Of a DNA stretch of 32,000 bases, positions 1 to 9,111 are shown in pieces. How positions within the stretch are numbered: the first letter of the stretch is position 1; each line of letters starts with the position of its first letter. The position numbers were made by a program, and so were the translations under genes. The DNA lies in contig CP002278.1 of the NCBI GenBank assembly GCA_000166095.1, forward strand, positions 1,170,001-1,202,000, written 5' to 3'. This DNA is from Methanothermus fervidus DSM 2088. GTDB lineage: Archaea; Methanobacteriota; Methanobacteria; DSM-2088; Methanothermaceae. The notes under the pieces were generated by a model, which had not been told where the DNA came from, did not search any database, and saw only the letters and a program-made list of their open reading frames with translations.

Positions 1-1
1 A

Positions 2-271
2 ATAATTGAGCATCTACCATTTAATAAAAAATCTCCAAAAGAAATAGCAAAAGAATTAGGTCTTTTAGGCGTAATTGAAGATGAAGAAAAAATATTGAAA
101 GCTGTTGAAAAAGCTATTAAAGACAATCCAAAAGCTGTAAATGATTATCATAATGGTAAAAAAGCAGCCTTAAATTTCTTACTTGGACAAGTCATGAAAC
201 TTACAAAAGGAAAGGTCGATCCTCAACGAACAATGCAAATATTAAAAAGTAAGGTTGAAGAGTCAAAATAA
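2..271 (+). CDS. gatB: C-terminal fragment of Asp/Glu-tRNA(Asn/Gln) amidotransferase subunit B (5' end outside window)
   Basis: Frame 2 reads IIEHLPFNKKSPKEIAKELGLL...NFLLGQVMKLTKGKVDPQRTMQILKSKVEESK*, resembling the C-terminal YqeY-like tail of GatB (GatE not fully excluded). Confidence 0.7.
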   Translation: MIEHLPFNKKSPKEIAKELGLLGVIEDEEKILKAVEKAIKDNPKAVNDYHNGKKAALNFLLGQVMKLTKGKVDPQRTMQILKSKVEESK

Positions 272-273
272 AT

Positions 274-501
274 ATGGCACAAAATATTATTAACATGCTT
301 AAGTGGCATCCAAAATATGATCTCTCTAATTGCAAAATTACTTATATACATAGAGGTTCCCCAGGAAATTTAAAAACAATAAAAGGTTCAGAAATAAAAA
401 ACATCGATAGAGGATTTATAATATTGAAGAATGATGTTGCTATTCCATATCATCGTATAGTTAAAGTTCAATGCAAAAATTTTGTATGGGAGAGGAAGTG
501 A
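274..501 (+). CDS. DUF504 / UPF0248 family small protein
   Basis: 75-aa ORF, LKWHPKYDLSNCKITYIHRGSPGNLKTIKGSEI...IPYHRIVKV pattern of the DUF504 family. Confidence 0.7.
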   Translation: MAQNIINMLKWHPKYDLSNCKITYIHRGSPGNLKTIKGSEIKNIDRGFIILKNDVAIPYHRIVKVQCKNFVWERK

Positions 502-505
502 GTCA

Positions 506-1306
506 ATGGCTGATAAAGCATTAGTTAAAGATTATATGACTCGGAAAGTTATATGTGTAACTCCTGAAACACCCACATCTGAGTTGGTAGAATTAATGAA
601 AAAAACCCAGCACGATGGTTTTCCTGTTACAGATGACGGCAAACTTGTGGGAATGGTTACATCTTTTGATTTAATTACTAATCCTTCAGCAAAAAAAGTT
701 AAAGAAATAATGTCCACCGATGTCGTGGTAACTCGAGAGAACATGACAATTCATGATGCAGCAAGAGTAATGTTTAGAGAGGGTGTATCACGTTTACCTG
801 TTGTAAATGGAGAAGGAAAGGTTGTGGGTATAATAACCAACACAGATATAATAAGATCACATATTGAAAGATCCACCCCAACAAAAGTTAGCTATTTTAG
901 AAATACATTAAAACAAATTTACAATGTCAAAACTGAAGTTAAAAGAAAAAGAATACCTTTAAAAAAATTGAGGCCTACACAAGGTAAAATATATGCAGAT
1001 GAATTAAAAGGAAGAACTTATGAACTTAAAAGAGGTCTTGCTGAACCTATAATAGCTGTTAAAACTGGCGATCATTACGTAATTGTAGATGGTCACCATA
1101 GAGTAGTTGCAGCTCATAAGTTAGGATATAAAGAGATAGATGCATATGTAATACACCTAGATAAGGATATAAAGCTTGGCATTGAAAAAAGCGCTGATAA
1201 AAATAAAATTTATTCAATAGACGACATAGAAGTAATTGATGAAGTACAACATCCTTTAACAACGATAACTACTGTTAAGAGGCGAAAAGATGAAGATACT
1301 AAATGA
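506..1306 (+). CDS. Two CBS domains fused to a ParB/Srx-like domain
   Basis: Tandem CBS motifs ([35 protein letters not shown]..., [36 protein letters not shown]) followed by [32 protein letters not shown] at 506 preferred over the TTG at 482 in the ORF track. Confidence 0.8.
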   Translation: MADKALVKDYMTRKVICVTPETPTSELVELMKKTQHDGFPVTDDGKLVGMVTSFDLITNPSAKKVKEIMSTDVVVTRENMTIHDAARVMFREGVSRLPVVNGEGKVVGIITNTDIIRSHIERSTPTKVSYFRNTLKQIYNVKTEVKRKRIPLKKLRPTQGKIYADELKGRTYELKRGLAEPIIAVKTGDHYVIVDGHHRVVAAHKLGYKEIDAYVIHLDKDIKLGIEKSADKNKIYSIDDIEVIDEVQHPLTTITTVKRRKDEDTK

Positions 1307-1571
1307 AGTATATAAAGTGCTTGAAGATAGGCGTGATAACCCTATTGATTCTTATAGTTCACGCTTAATGCAAGATAATGGTAAGGCTGCTGAAGATAAA
1401 ATATTAGAGAAAATTGGTGAAGAATGTGCAGAATTAATAATAGCATCTAAAAACAATGAAAACATTGTGGAAGAAGCTGCTGATTTGATTTTTCATGTGT
1501 TAGTATTACTTGTGTATAAAGGTATAAAACTTGAAGAACTTTCTAAAGAATTTTTAAGGAGAAGAAGGTGA
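1290..1571 (+). CDS. hisE: Phosphoribosyl-ATP pyrophosphohydrolase
   Basis: 93-aa MazG-like fold protein: [43 protein letters not shown]...[19 protein letters not shown]. Confidence 0.85.
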   Translation: MKILNEVYKVLEDRRDNPIDSYSSRLMQDNGKAAEDKILEKIGEECAELIIASKNNENIVEEAADLIFHVLVLLVYKGIKLEELSKEFLRRRR

Positions 1572-2315
1572 ATTTATTTGTTTTAATATTTTTAATGCAA
1601 AAGCCGCAGCTCCAAAACCATTATCAATATTAACAACAACTACGCCAGGTACACAAGATTGGAGCATAGAAAGCAGAGCTGCAATGCCTTTTCCACCTGC
1701 ACCATATCCAACAGATGTTGGGACAGCAATCACAGGTAAATCAACTAAACCTGCGACAACAGATGGTAATGCGCCTTCCATACCAGCTACGACTATTAAA
1801 AGTTGTACATTCTTCTTTATTAATTTTCTCAAATATCTAAATAATCTATGTATGCCTGCTATCCCTACATCATACACCATAGACACTTTACAACCCATCT
1901 CTTCAAGTATTATTTTTGCTTCTTCAGCAACAGGTATATCGGCAGTGCCACCAGTAATTATACCTACATGACCTTCTACCACTTTTTCATGTTTTCCAAC
2001 TATCATAACTCTTCCTTCTTTATAATACCTTACTTCACAATTTTTAGGTAATTTTGTAACGATTTTTTTGTATTTTGATTCATTGAGTCGTGTTATGATC
2101 AATCCTTTATTTCCACATGCTTTTATTATTTTGGCAATTTTTTCAGGACTTTTCCCAATTGACAATACCACTTCTGGAATACCTGTTCTTACCTCCCTAC
2201 CTAAATCAAATTTAGCTAAATCTTCTATTTCTTTTATTTGGAACGATTTTATAAGTTTTTCTGCTTCTTTTATAGATATTTTGCCGTCTGCTAATTTTTT
2301 AAGTATTTCTCTCAT
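1554..2315 (-). CDS. larB: LarB-like protein / nickel-pincer cofactor biosynthesis carboxylase (PurE-related)
   Basis: [16 protein letters not shown]...[27 protein letters not shown]...[12 protein letters not shown]...[33 protein letters not shown] is the LarB signature. Confidence 0.85.
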   Translation of the reverse strand: MREILKKLADGKISIKEAEKLIKSFQIKEIEDLAKFDLGREVRTGIPEVVLSIGKSPEKIAKIIKACGNKGLIITRLNESKYKKIVTKLPKNCEVRYYKEGRVMIVGKHEKVVEGHVGIITGGTADIPVAEEAKIILEEMGCKVSMVYDVGIAGIHRLFRYLRKLIKKNVQLLIVVAGMEGALPSVVAGLVDLPVIAVPTSVGYGAGGKGIAALLSMLQSCVPGVVVVNIDNGFGAAAFALKILKQINSPSSP

Positions 2316-2366
2316 AGTAAATCACTTAAATCATTTTTATGTATATAAAGTTTCAGAGGGGTCACA

Positions 2367-4643
2367 ATGCAACATGCTCAAATCATTGTTGAAGGAATTG
2401 TTCAGGGTGTTGGATTTAGACCAACTATATATAGGCTTGCAAAACATCATAAATTAAAAGGTTATGTAAAAAATTTAGGAAATGTTGTTGAAATAGTGGT
2501 GGCTGGAAAAAAATCAAATATAAAAAATTTTTTAAAATCTATTGAAGAAGAGAAACCTCCTTTATGCAAAATATTTAATATAGATGTCAAATATTATGAT
2601 GCACCTCTTAAGTTCGATGATTTCAAAATTGTTAAAAGCTCTAAAAAATTTTATGGTTCATCTATAATTCCCGCAGACATTGCAACTTGTAAAGATTGTT
2701 TGGAAGAAATAGATAATCCAAAGGATAGAAGGTACAACTATCCTTTTACAAGTTGCACAAATTGTGGCCCAAGATTTACAATAATAAAATCATTACCATA
2801 TGATAGAGAAAGAACAAGCATGGATGAATTTCCCTTATGTGATAAATGTTTGAAGGAATATGAAGATCCTGAAGATAGAAGATATCATGCAGAAACTACT
2901 TGTTGTCCAACCTGTGGTCCCAAAGTTTTTTTATGGGGATTAGACGTCGATGATCCAATTAAAGAAACTGCCAAACTCCTAGATGAAGGTTATATTGTTG
3001 CAATTAAAGGTATTGGTGGAGCCCATATAGCCTGTGATGCTACAGATGAAGATGTGGTAAAAAAATTAAGGAAGAGATTAAATAGACCATCACAACCGTT
3101 TGCATGCATGAGTAAAGACATAGATACAATAAAAAAATTTGCAATAGTAAATGAGAATGAAAAGGAAACCTTATTGTCAAAAAGTAGACCAATTGTGGTG
3201 TTAAAGAAAAAAGAAGATTGTGCAATTGCAAATTCTGTGTCTCCAGGTCTTCATACTATTGGGGTTATGTTACCTTACTCTGGTCTCCACCATATTTTAT
3301 TCAAATATCTTAAAAAAGAAGCTTATGTAATGACTTCAGCAAATAAACCAGGCATGCCAATGTTAATAAAAAACAGAGATATTATTAAAAAACTCAATGG
3401 AATAGCAGATTATTTCTTACTTCATGATCGTAAAATAATTAATCGTTGTGATGATTCGGTGATAAGGTTTAGAGGTGGTAAGAAAGCATTCTTAAGACGT
3501 TCTAGAGGATATGCACCAGAACCATATGATTTTTCAAAATATTGTGAAAATAAAAATATTTTGGCACTTGGACCAGAACTTGACGTAACTTTCGCATTAG
3601 TTAAAAATGGAAAATGTTATGTTTCCCAACATATTGGAAATGTCAACAATTATGATGTTTTAAAATTTCTTAAGAGTGCAATAAATAGATTCCTATCTAT
3701 GATCAAAATAGATTCTTTAGATGTTGTGGCTTGTGATTTACATCCACAATTCCTTACAACTAAACTAGCTCAAGAATTGTCCCAAAAATATTCTTGTAAA
3801 TTGTTAAAAGTTCAGCATCATCATGCCCATGCTGCTTCTCTTGCCTTTGATGCAAATGTGGATGAATATATATGTATAACTGCAGATGGAGTAGGTTATG
3901 GTAGCGATGGTACTGTTTGGGGTGGCGAAATATTACATTTCAAAGGCAAGAATTTTAAGAGGATGGCAAGTTTAATTCCTCAAAAGATGCCTGGTGGAGA
4001 CCTCTGTACTTATTATCCAGCAAGAATGCTACTTTCAATACTTAAAAACGTTTATGATGACGAGGAACTAGTAGATATTATGGATGATTATAAAAAATAT
4101 TTCCCACATGGAAAGAAAGAAATTGAGATAGTTATTAAACAATTAAACAAAGATTTTAATGTAAATATAACAACCAGTACTGGACGAATTTTGGATTCGA
4201 TTGCTGTAGCACTCCATATTTGTAGTCGAAGGACATATGAAGGAGAATGTGCAATGAAACTGGAATCTGCAGCTTACTATGGAAATGATGGATTAGAAAT
4301 TACAAAAGAAATATATAAAACTGATAATAGATATGTTTTGGATACTTCTTTGATGTTAAGAGATGTTATAGAGTTGCTTAAAAAAGGTGAAAAGCGTCGT
4401 GATATTGCATTTGCAGCTCAAAAAGCTTTAGCTGAAGGATTGGCAGAATTATCTGTTTTATCTGCAGAAAAAGCAAAAGTGGATATAATAGGCGGTTCCG
4501 GAGGAGTCTTTATAAATGAGGCTATAACAAAAACTGTGAAAGAATATGTAGAAAATCAAGGATATAAATTTGTTCAACATGAAAATTCTTGTCCTGGTGA
4601 TGGATCAATATCTTTAGGTCAGGCCTTTATTTCTTGTTTATAA
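2367..4643 (+). CDS. hypF: Carbamoyltransferase HypF, [NiFe]-hydrogenase maturation
   Basis: N-terminal acylphosphatase ([17 protein letters not shown]), zinc fingers [27 protein letters not shown], Sua5-like domain, C-terminal HHHAHAAS motif. Confidence 0.95.
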   Translation: MQHAQIIVEGIVQGVGFRPTIYRLAKHHKLKGYVKNLGNVVEIVVAGKKSNIKNFLKSIEEEKPPLCKIFNIDVKYYDAPLKFDDFKIVKSSKKFYGSSIIPADIATCKDCLEEIDNPKDRRYNYPFTSCTNCGPRFTIIKSLPYDRERTSMDEFPLCDKCLKEYEDPEDRRYHAETTCCPTCGPKVFLWGLDVDDPIKETAKLLDEGYIVAIKGIGGAHIACDATDEDVVKKLRKRLNRPSQPFACMSKDIDTIKKFAIVNENEKETLLSKSRPIVVLKKKEDCAIANSVSPGLHTIGVMLPYSGLHHILFKYLKKEAYVMTSANKPGMPMLIKNRDIIKKLNGIADYFLLHDRKIINRCDDSVIRFRGGKKAFLRRSRGYAPEPYDFSKYCENKNILALGPELDVTFALVKNGKCYVSQHIGNVNNYDVLKFLKSAINRFLSMIKIDSLDVVACDLHPQFLTTKLAQELSQKYSCKLLKVQHHHAHAASLAFDANVDEYICITADGVGYGSDGTVWGGEILHFKGKNFKRMASLIPQKMPGGDLCTYYPARMLLSILKNVYDDEELVDIMDDYKKYFPHGKKEIEIVIKQLNKDFNVNITTSTGRILDSIAVALHICSRRTYEGECAMKLESAAYYGNDGLEITKEIYKTDNRYVLDTSLMLRDVIELLKKGEKRRDIAFAAQKALAEGLAELSVLSAEKAKVDIIGGSGGVFINEAITKTVKEYVENQGYKFVQHENSCPGDGSISLGQAFISCL

Positions 4644-5085
4644 TGTCGTTAAGGATTCTCAAAGCTTCAGTTCTCAAAGTTTCATATCTTTCTAATAATT
4701 GTTTAATTTCATTTATTGCTTCTATATTTCCATTTTTTGCTTTTTTTTCTAAGTATTTTAACCTCGTCATCTCTTCATCTTCTGTATCACTACTTACTTC
4801 CACCCGAAAATCTTCTTTACTTATTACAACCTTTATAGCTATGTTGTCACGTATCTTGTAATATTTTCTAGGTCTTCCTCTCTGAACTCTCTTAAATGTA
4901 GATTCTACAATGCCAGCTTCTTCTAATACCTTCAGGTGTTCTATTATAGCTTTCTGTCCTACATTTAACTCCTGCGAGATTTGACTGACAAAACAAGGTT
5001 CCTTACCTATTAACTCTATAATTTTACGTCTAGTTTTATTTCCTATTAACTCCAATATTTTTTCAGCATCTATAATTTTCATCAC
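4627..5085 (-). CDS. ArsR-family HTH transcriptional regulator
   Basis: [68 protein letters not shown] winged-helix; 17-nt convergent overlap with hypF. Confidence 0.8.
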   Translation of the reverse strand: MMKIIDAEKILELIGNKTRRKIIELIGKEPCFVSQISQELNVGQKAIIEHLKVLEEAGIVESTFKRVQRGRPRKYYKIRDNIAIKVVISKEDFRVEVSSDTEDEEMTRLKYLEKKAKNGNIEAINEIKQLLERYETLRTEALRILNDIINKK

Positions 5086-5125
5086 ATTAAAAAGTTTTGT
5101 TAGAATTAGTAGATAAATTTTATCA

Positions 5126-5443
5126 GATGTGTGGGAGTGGCATGCCGGGAGTAACCCCCCTTCTGTTTAGGCAGCATTCATCTAAGCGGGCAATCTCTGC
5201 CTCATATCATTGGCAGATTTTCACCCTTGCATCCCCCGGATTGGCCGTTTCACCGATCCTCCCGATGTCAATCAACCCCTTTAATTGGGGCCTCATTATC
5301 ATCCATCGGGAGACGTGTCGTTTCTGCGCCAGGGTCCGGCCTCTCGGCCGATGCCTTGCGGCACCGGGGTTTAGGGTGATGGGGGGAGTTTCCTCAGCCA
5401 TAAAAGGCCGTAGCTGCCCTCCGGCTTACCACTCCCACACATC
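5126..5443 (-). ncRNA. rnpB: RNase P RNA (archaeal type A)
   Basis: Minus-strand RNA closed by a perfect 15-bp helix (GATGTGTGGGAGTGG at one end, CCACTCCCACACATC at the other). Contains conserved RPR segments GAGGAAACUCCCCCC (CR-I), CAGAAACGACACG, GGUGAAACGGCC and ACAGAAGGGGGGUUACUCCCGG (CR-IV/V). GC-rich island in an AT-rich genome. Confidence 0.93.
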
Positions 5444-5462
5444 AATAAGAAGAAGAAGTAAT

Positions 5463-5536
5463 AGCGGGGCCTGGATTTGAACCAGGGATCTCGGGGTTAT
5501 GAGCCCCGCGGGTTCACCAGGCTACCCCACCCCGCT
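5463..5536 (-). tRNA. Initiator tRNA-Met (CAT)
   Basis: AGCGGGG-TG-GGGT-AGCCTGGTGA-ACCC-G-CGGGG-CTCATAA-CCCCG-AGATC-CCTGG-TTCAAAT-CCAGG-CCCCGCT: 74 nt, all four stems fully paired, anticodon CAT, A1:U72 and GC-rich anticodon stem typical of archaeal initiators; no encoded CCA. Confidence 0.96.
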
Positions 5537-5560
5537 ATTTTTTATTTAGTTAATAACTCC

Positions 5561-5576
5561 TATATAAAATTTACGG
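5561..5576 (-). promoter_or_regulatory. Putative BRE/TATA for the tRNA-iMet and rnpB transcription unit
   Basis: Minus strand reads ..CCGTAAATTTTATATA.. with TATA centre about 28 nt upstream of the mature tRNA 5' end. Confidence 0.6.
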
Positions 5577-5616
5577 TTAAGCAAAATAAAAATTTTGATT
5601 AAGAATATTAACGAAA

Positions 5617-5628
5617 AATATTTATAAA
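5617..5628 (+). promoter_or_regulatory. Putative BRE/TATA for the 5666 gene
   Basis: CGAAAAATATTTATAAAG about 40 nt upstream of ATG 5666, followed by a GGAGGGAG Shine-Dalgarno sequence. Confidence 0.5.
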
Positions 5629-5665
5629 GACTTTTTTAAATTAAAAATTTTGGAGGGAGAATATT

Positions 5666-6220
5666 ATGAAAAAATTGGTAGCAATTCTTAGTATATTTTT
5701 AGCGTTATTTATTGGAATAAATGCTAGTGCTGCAGCTACAATGTTCTATACAACGAAAGGTATACCTACAGAGAACAGCACACAATATACAGAACCTATA
5801 ATATTGAATAAATCAATGCAGATAAAATATATGATTGTTGACAATGCAACAAATAAAACAAAATATGGTATAATTAAGCATGAGATAACTAAAAAAGCAA
5901 AAAATCAAACTATATTCCCAGCAATCTCATTTGACGGTGATAATATAACTTTAACATTTCCAGCAAATGTAACTGTTTATTACACATTGAATGGTAAAAA
6001 CCCAACAAACAAAAGTGCAATATATACAGCTCCAATAATTCTAAACAAAAATATGATAATAAAGTATATGATAGTCAGTGGAAATGCAACATACAAAGGC
6101 GTTGTCAAACATACACCTTGCAAACTAGTTAAGAAAACAAAATTCAAAAAAATAAAAAAGAACAAGCGAATAAAAATTGTAAAAGAGGTTATACCAGAAT
6201 TAGAACCAACTTCAAGCTAG
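5666..6220 (+). CDS. Secreted protein with two chitobiase C-terminal-like (CHB_HEX_C type) repeats and a lysine-rich tail
   Basis: Signal peptide MKKLVAILSIFLALFIGINASAAA; repeats MFYTTKGIPTENSTQYTEPIILNKSMQIKYMIV and VYYTLNGKNPTNKSAIYTAPIILNKNMIIKYMIV; basic tail KKTKFKKIKKNKRIKIVKE. Confidence 0.7.
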   Translation: MKKLVAILSIFLALFIGINASAAATMFYTTKGIPTENSTQYTEPIILNKSMQIKYMIVDNATNKTKYGIIKHEITKKAKNQTIFPAISFDGDNITLTFPANVTVYYTLNGKNPTNKSAIYTAPIILNKNMIIKYMIVSGNATYKGVVKHTPCKLVKKTKFKKIKKNKRIKIVKEVIPELEPTSS

Positions 6221-6247
6221 AATTTTAAATTACCTTTTTTATTTTTT

Positions 6248-7960
6248 TCACAATGAACTGCTGTTGGTAATATTGAAATCTAAAAATCTTCCACGTAAAG
6301 AATTTGCAAACATCATATCGCTTTGCCCATTTTCCTTAATATAGATATTTATAATGTGGCCATTCCAATAAATTGTATAATTGGCTGGTGCATTGCCATC
6401 GAAATAAATTGTATCAACTTTTATCCCATTTACATATACTGAGTAATATCCTTCTTTCATAATTCCAGAAGTAGAAACTAGGAATTTATTGTCAAAATAT
6501 ATATTTACTGACTTAGATTCATTACTTTGGGTTTGGATTAAAACTCCTTCTTTTACAGTTAATCCTTCACTAGTATATATATTTCTCAAAACATATACGT
6601 TTTTAAAGATTTTTCTTAAATTATTGTCTTGAATAACATCGCCAATATTTACATTTAAAACAGATCTGATTTCTTGAGGCATTCTAATTACATTGTTTTC
6701 ACCAGGTAATGGTTCTCTAACTTCATAAGAAAGATTGTAAATATAAATTTTGTCTCCATAATTTATTCCAAGTGTATCTATAGCATCAGCAGGCATTCTA
6801 ATGATGTTACTCTCATTTTCTAACGCACTGTCAATTGTATATGGTCCTTTTATAGCTATAGTACGATTTTCATGTGCCTTTTTCCATATGACTAAATTAC
6901 CTGAAACAGGCTGAATTGATATTTTATCTTTTTCCACATGTATGGATCCAAAAAGAGCAGAAAGAATGGCAAACAAAATTAATGCCGAAACTAAAACTGG
7001 GAAATGCATATATATGAAAGATTTAATAGTACTGATAGGGTTCTTTGATGTAAGAATTATTTTACAAGATTTCATCAAAAGAATTACTAAATAATACATT
7101 GCAACAATAAATCCAAGAATACTAAGAGCTATACCTACATATAAAGGTATAATCCTTGTAAAGAAAATACTAAAAATTCCAAATGATGTTAATGAAAGTC
7201 CAAGTACACACATCCTTATTGAATTACCTATGGTGTCCATCATTGCAACTCTTCCATACTCTACAGCCCTATTTACTATTGTTCTAACTACTTCATTAGC
7301 CATTAAATTGAGATCTGACAAATCAGACATTTTATGGTTTAGAGTTCCAATATCAACCTCTTTTATTCTGAATCCATGTGCATCTGCATCTAATATTATA
7401 CCTATGTCAACACCATAATCTTCCTCAAATTTTACTTTTTCAAGCACTGATCTTTTAGCTGCAAATTGGCCACTTAACGGCTGTTTAAAATTTAATTCTG
7501 GGAAGAAAAAATTTAATAATGGTTTAGCTGTGAGTTCGGTAACCCTTCCAGCTTTGCGCTTAAATTTACTCTTAGTTATATCTGCTTCTCCCCTAATTAT
7601 TGGTTCTACAATCCTATCAACTTTTTTTGGATTTATATTTTTTAGGTCAGCATCTAAAAATAAAATTATGTCCCCTGATGACTCTTTAAACCCTGTTTTT
7701 AATGCTGCACCTTTACCCTTATTTTTCTCATGTTTTATTACTTTTGCACCTGCATTTAAAGCTTTTTCATAAGTTTTGTCTGTAGAACCATCATCCACAA
7801 CTATAATTTCATCTACATATTTTGATTTTTTTACAGCATTAACAACATCTGCAACAGTCTCCTCTTCATTATAGGCAGGTATAACTGCCGACACCCTTGG
7901 CTTGTATCTTTTTACAACCAAAAACAAAAATATAATAAAGATTAGTATCATTGAATACAT
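6248..7960 (-). CDS. Family 2 glycosyltransferase (dolichyl-phosphate sugar synthase-like) with membrane helices and a C-terminal extracytoplasmic domain
   Basis: SAVIPAYNEEETVADVV...IIVVDDGSTDKT...GKGAALKTGF...ILFLDADL motifs; 3 further TM segments then about 230 aa soluble tail. Confidence 0.85.
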   Translation of the reverse strand: MYSMILIFIIFLFLVVKRYKPRVSAVIPAYNEEETVADVVNAVKKSKYVDEIIVVDDGSTDKTYEKALNAGAKVIKHEKNKGKGAALKTGFKESSGDIILFLDADLKNINPKKVDRIVEPIIRGEADITKSKFKRKAGRVTELTAKPLLNFFFPELNFKQPLSGQFAAKRSVLEKVKFEEDYGVDIGIILDADAHGFRIKEVDIGTLNHKMSDLSDLNLMANEVVRTIVNRAVEYGRVAMMDTIGNSIRMCVLGLSLTSFGIFSIFFTRIIPLYVGIALSILGFIVAMYYLVILLMKSCKIILTSKNPISTIKSFIYMHFPVLVSALILFAILSALFGSIHVEKDKISIQPVSGNLVIWKKAHENRTIAIKGPYTIDSALENESNIIRMPADAIDTLGINYGDKIYIYNLSYEVREPLPGENNVIRMPQEIRSVLNVNIGDVIQDNNLRKIFKNVYVLRNIYTSEGLTVKEGVLIQTQSNESKSVNIYFDNKFLVSTSGIMKEGYYSVYVNGIKVDTIYFDGNAPANYTIYWNGHIINIYIKENGQSDMMFANSLRGRFLDFNITNSSSL

Positions 7961-8077
7961 TGCGACACCATGTTATTTCTTTTCATTCTTGCCCTCAATT
8001 ACTATTTACAAGAAAGTAAAAAATATGCTTAACTATTTAAAATACTTTTCTTAAAAACCATGTGACGGAGAGATACA

Positions 8078-9106
8078 ATGAAGTTCCTCATAACTACACC
8101 AAGAGGCTTAGAAGGTACTGCAGCCAATTACATCAAAGAAAAAATAAAAGATGCTGATGTATGGATAACACCTATGGGATATGCAGGGTTAGTGTTAGTT
8201 AAAACTAAAGAAAATTGTGAAAAGCAATTAAAAGAAATTCCAGAGGTTGAAAGAGTTATCCCTGTAATGTTTGAAGTCCCTGCAAAATTAGATGAGATAT
8301 TATCAACAGCAAAAAATATTTCTAAACATATAAATGAGACTGAAACCTTTTCTGTTGAAACTACAAGAAGAGGAAAACATGAATTTACAAGTATGGATGT
8401 CAACATAAAACTTGGCAGAAAAATAGAAGAATTAACAGGTGCAGATGTAAATCTTACTTTACCTGACAAAAAAGTGTTGGTAGAAATTATAGGTGATAAG
8501 GCTTATATCTCTGTTATTGAAAGAGAAAAGTGGAAGAAATATACACCTGAAAAACCAGATGCAAGATCTCTTTTAAAAAAAATTACTATAGTGCAACTTC
8601 CATATTGGGGTGATTACAAAGTATGCAGGAAGATGGGTGAAAAAATTGGAAGGGCAGCTCAGGCTTTTGAAATTAAGGAACTCATAATATCTCCAAAAGA
8701 AAAAATGGATGCTTATGAACTTATGGAATTTATTCGTGGTGTTAAAAAAGGTCAAAGATCTAGATACTTAATACAGAAGGATGCATATCCGTGGGATGTT
8801 AGGAAGATTCCTGTAAGTGTGTGGGATTTATACCAAGTGATAAGAGATAAAAGAAGGAAAAATAGAACAATAATAATAACAGATCCTCTAGGAGACATAG
8901 TTTCCAATGTAAAAAATAAATTAAAAAAAGATTTAAAATTTTCAAAAGAAATTATTGTATTTATAGGTTCTAGGGAAGGTATCCCAAGAGGTTTGTTTGA
9001 TTTAGCTGATTATGTATTGGATCTGACACCTCATATGACATTTGCAACCGAACAAGGTATTCCTGCAATACTAATATTACTTTGGCATCTTTATGAGTCC
9101 TCTTAA
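8078..9106 (+). CDS. THUMP-domain protein with probable SPOUT-type RNA methyltransferase fold
   Basis: N-terminal MKFLITTPRGLEGTAANYIKEKI and THUMP-like FSVETTRRGKHEFTSMDVNIKLG; C-terminal IIVFIGSREGIPRGLFDLADYVLDLTPHMTFATEQGIPAIL resembles a SPOUT cofactor loop. Confidence 0.6.
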   Translation: MKFLITTPRGLEGTAANYIKEKIKDADVWITPMGYAGLVLVKTKENCEKQLKEIPEVERVIPVMFEVPAKLDEILSTAKNISKHINETETFSVETTRRGKHEFTSMDVNIKLGRKIEELTGADVNLTLPDKKVLVEIIGDKAYISVIEREKWKKYTPEKPDARSLLKKITIVQLPYWGDYKVCRKMGEKIGRAAQAFEIKELIISPKEKMDAYELMEFIRGVKKGQRSRYLIQKDAYPWDVRKIPVSVWDLYQVIRDKRRKNRTIIITDPLGDIVSNVKNKLKKDLKFSKEIIVFIGSREGIPRGLFDLADYVLDLTPHMTFATEQGIPAILILLWHLYESS

Positions 9107-9111
9107 TTTTT

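Noticed and set aside
1684-2457. Three overlapping plus-strand ORFs (1684, 1848, 2068)
   Set aside because: Antisense to larB and partly out of frame over hypF; no recognisable domain.
5097-5480. 127-aa plus-strand ORF (and 5207-5401 minus ORF)
   Set aside because: Covers the RNase P RNA and touches the tRNA; the open frame comes from GC-rich structured RNA, not a protein.
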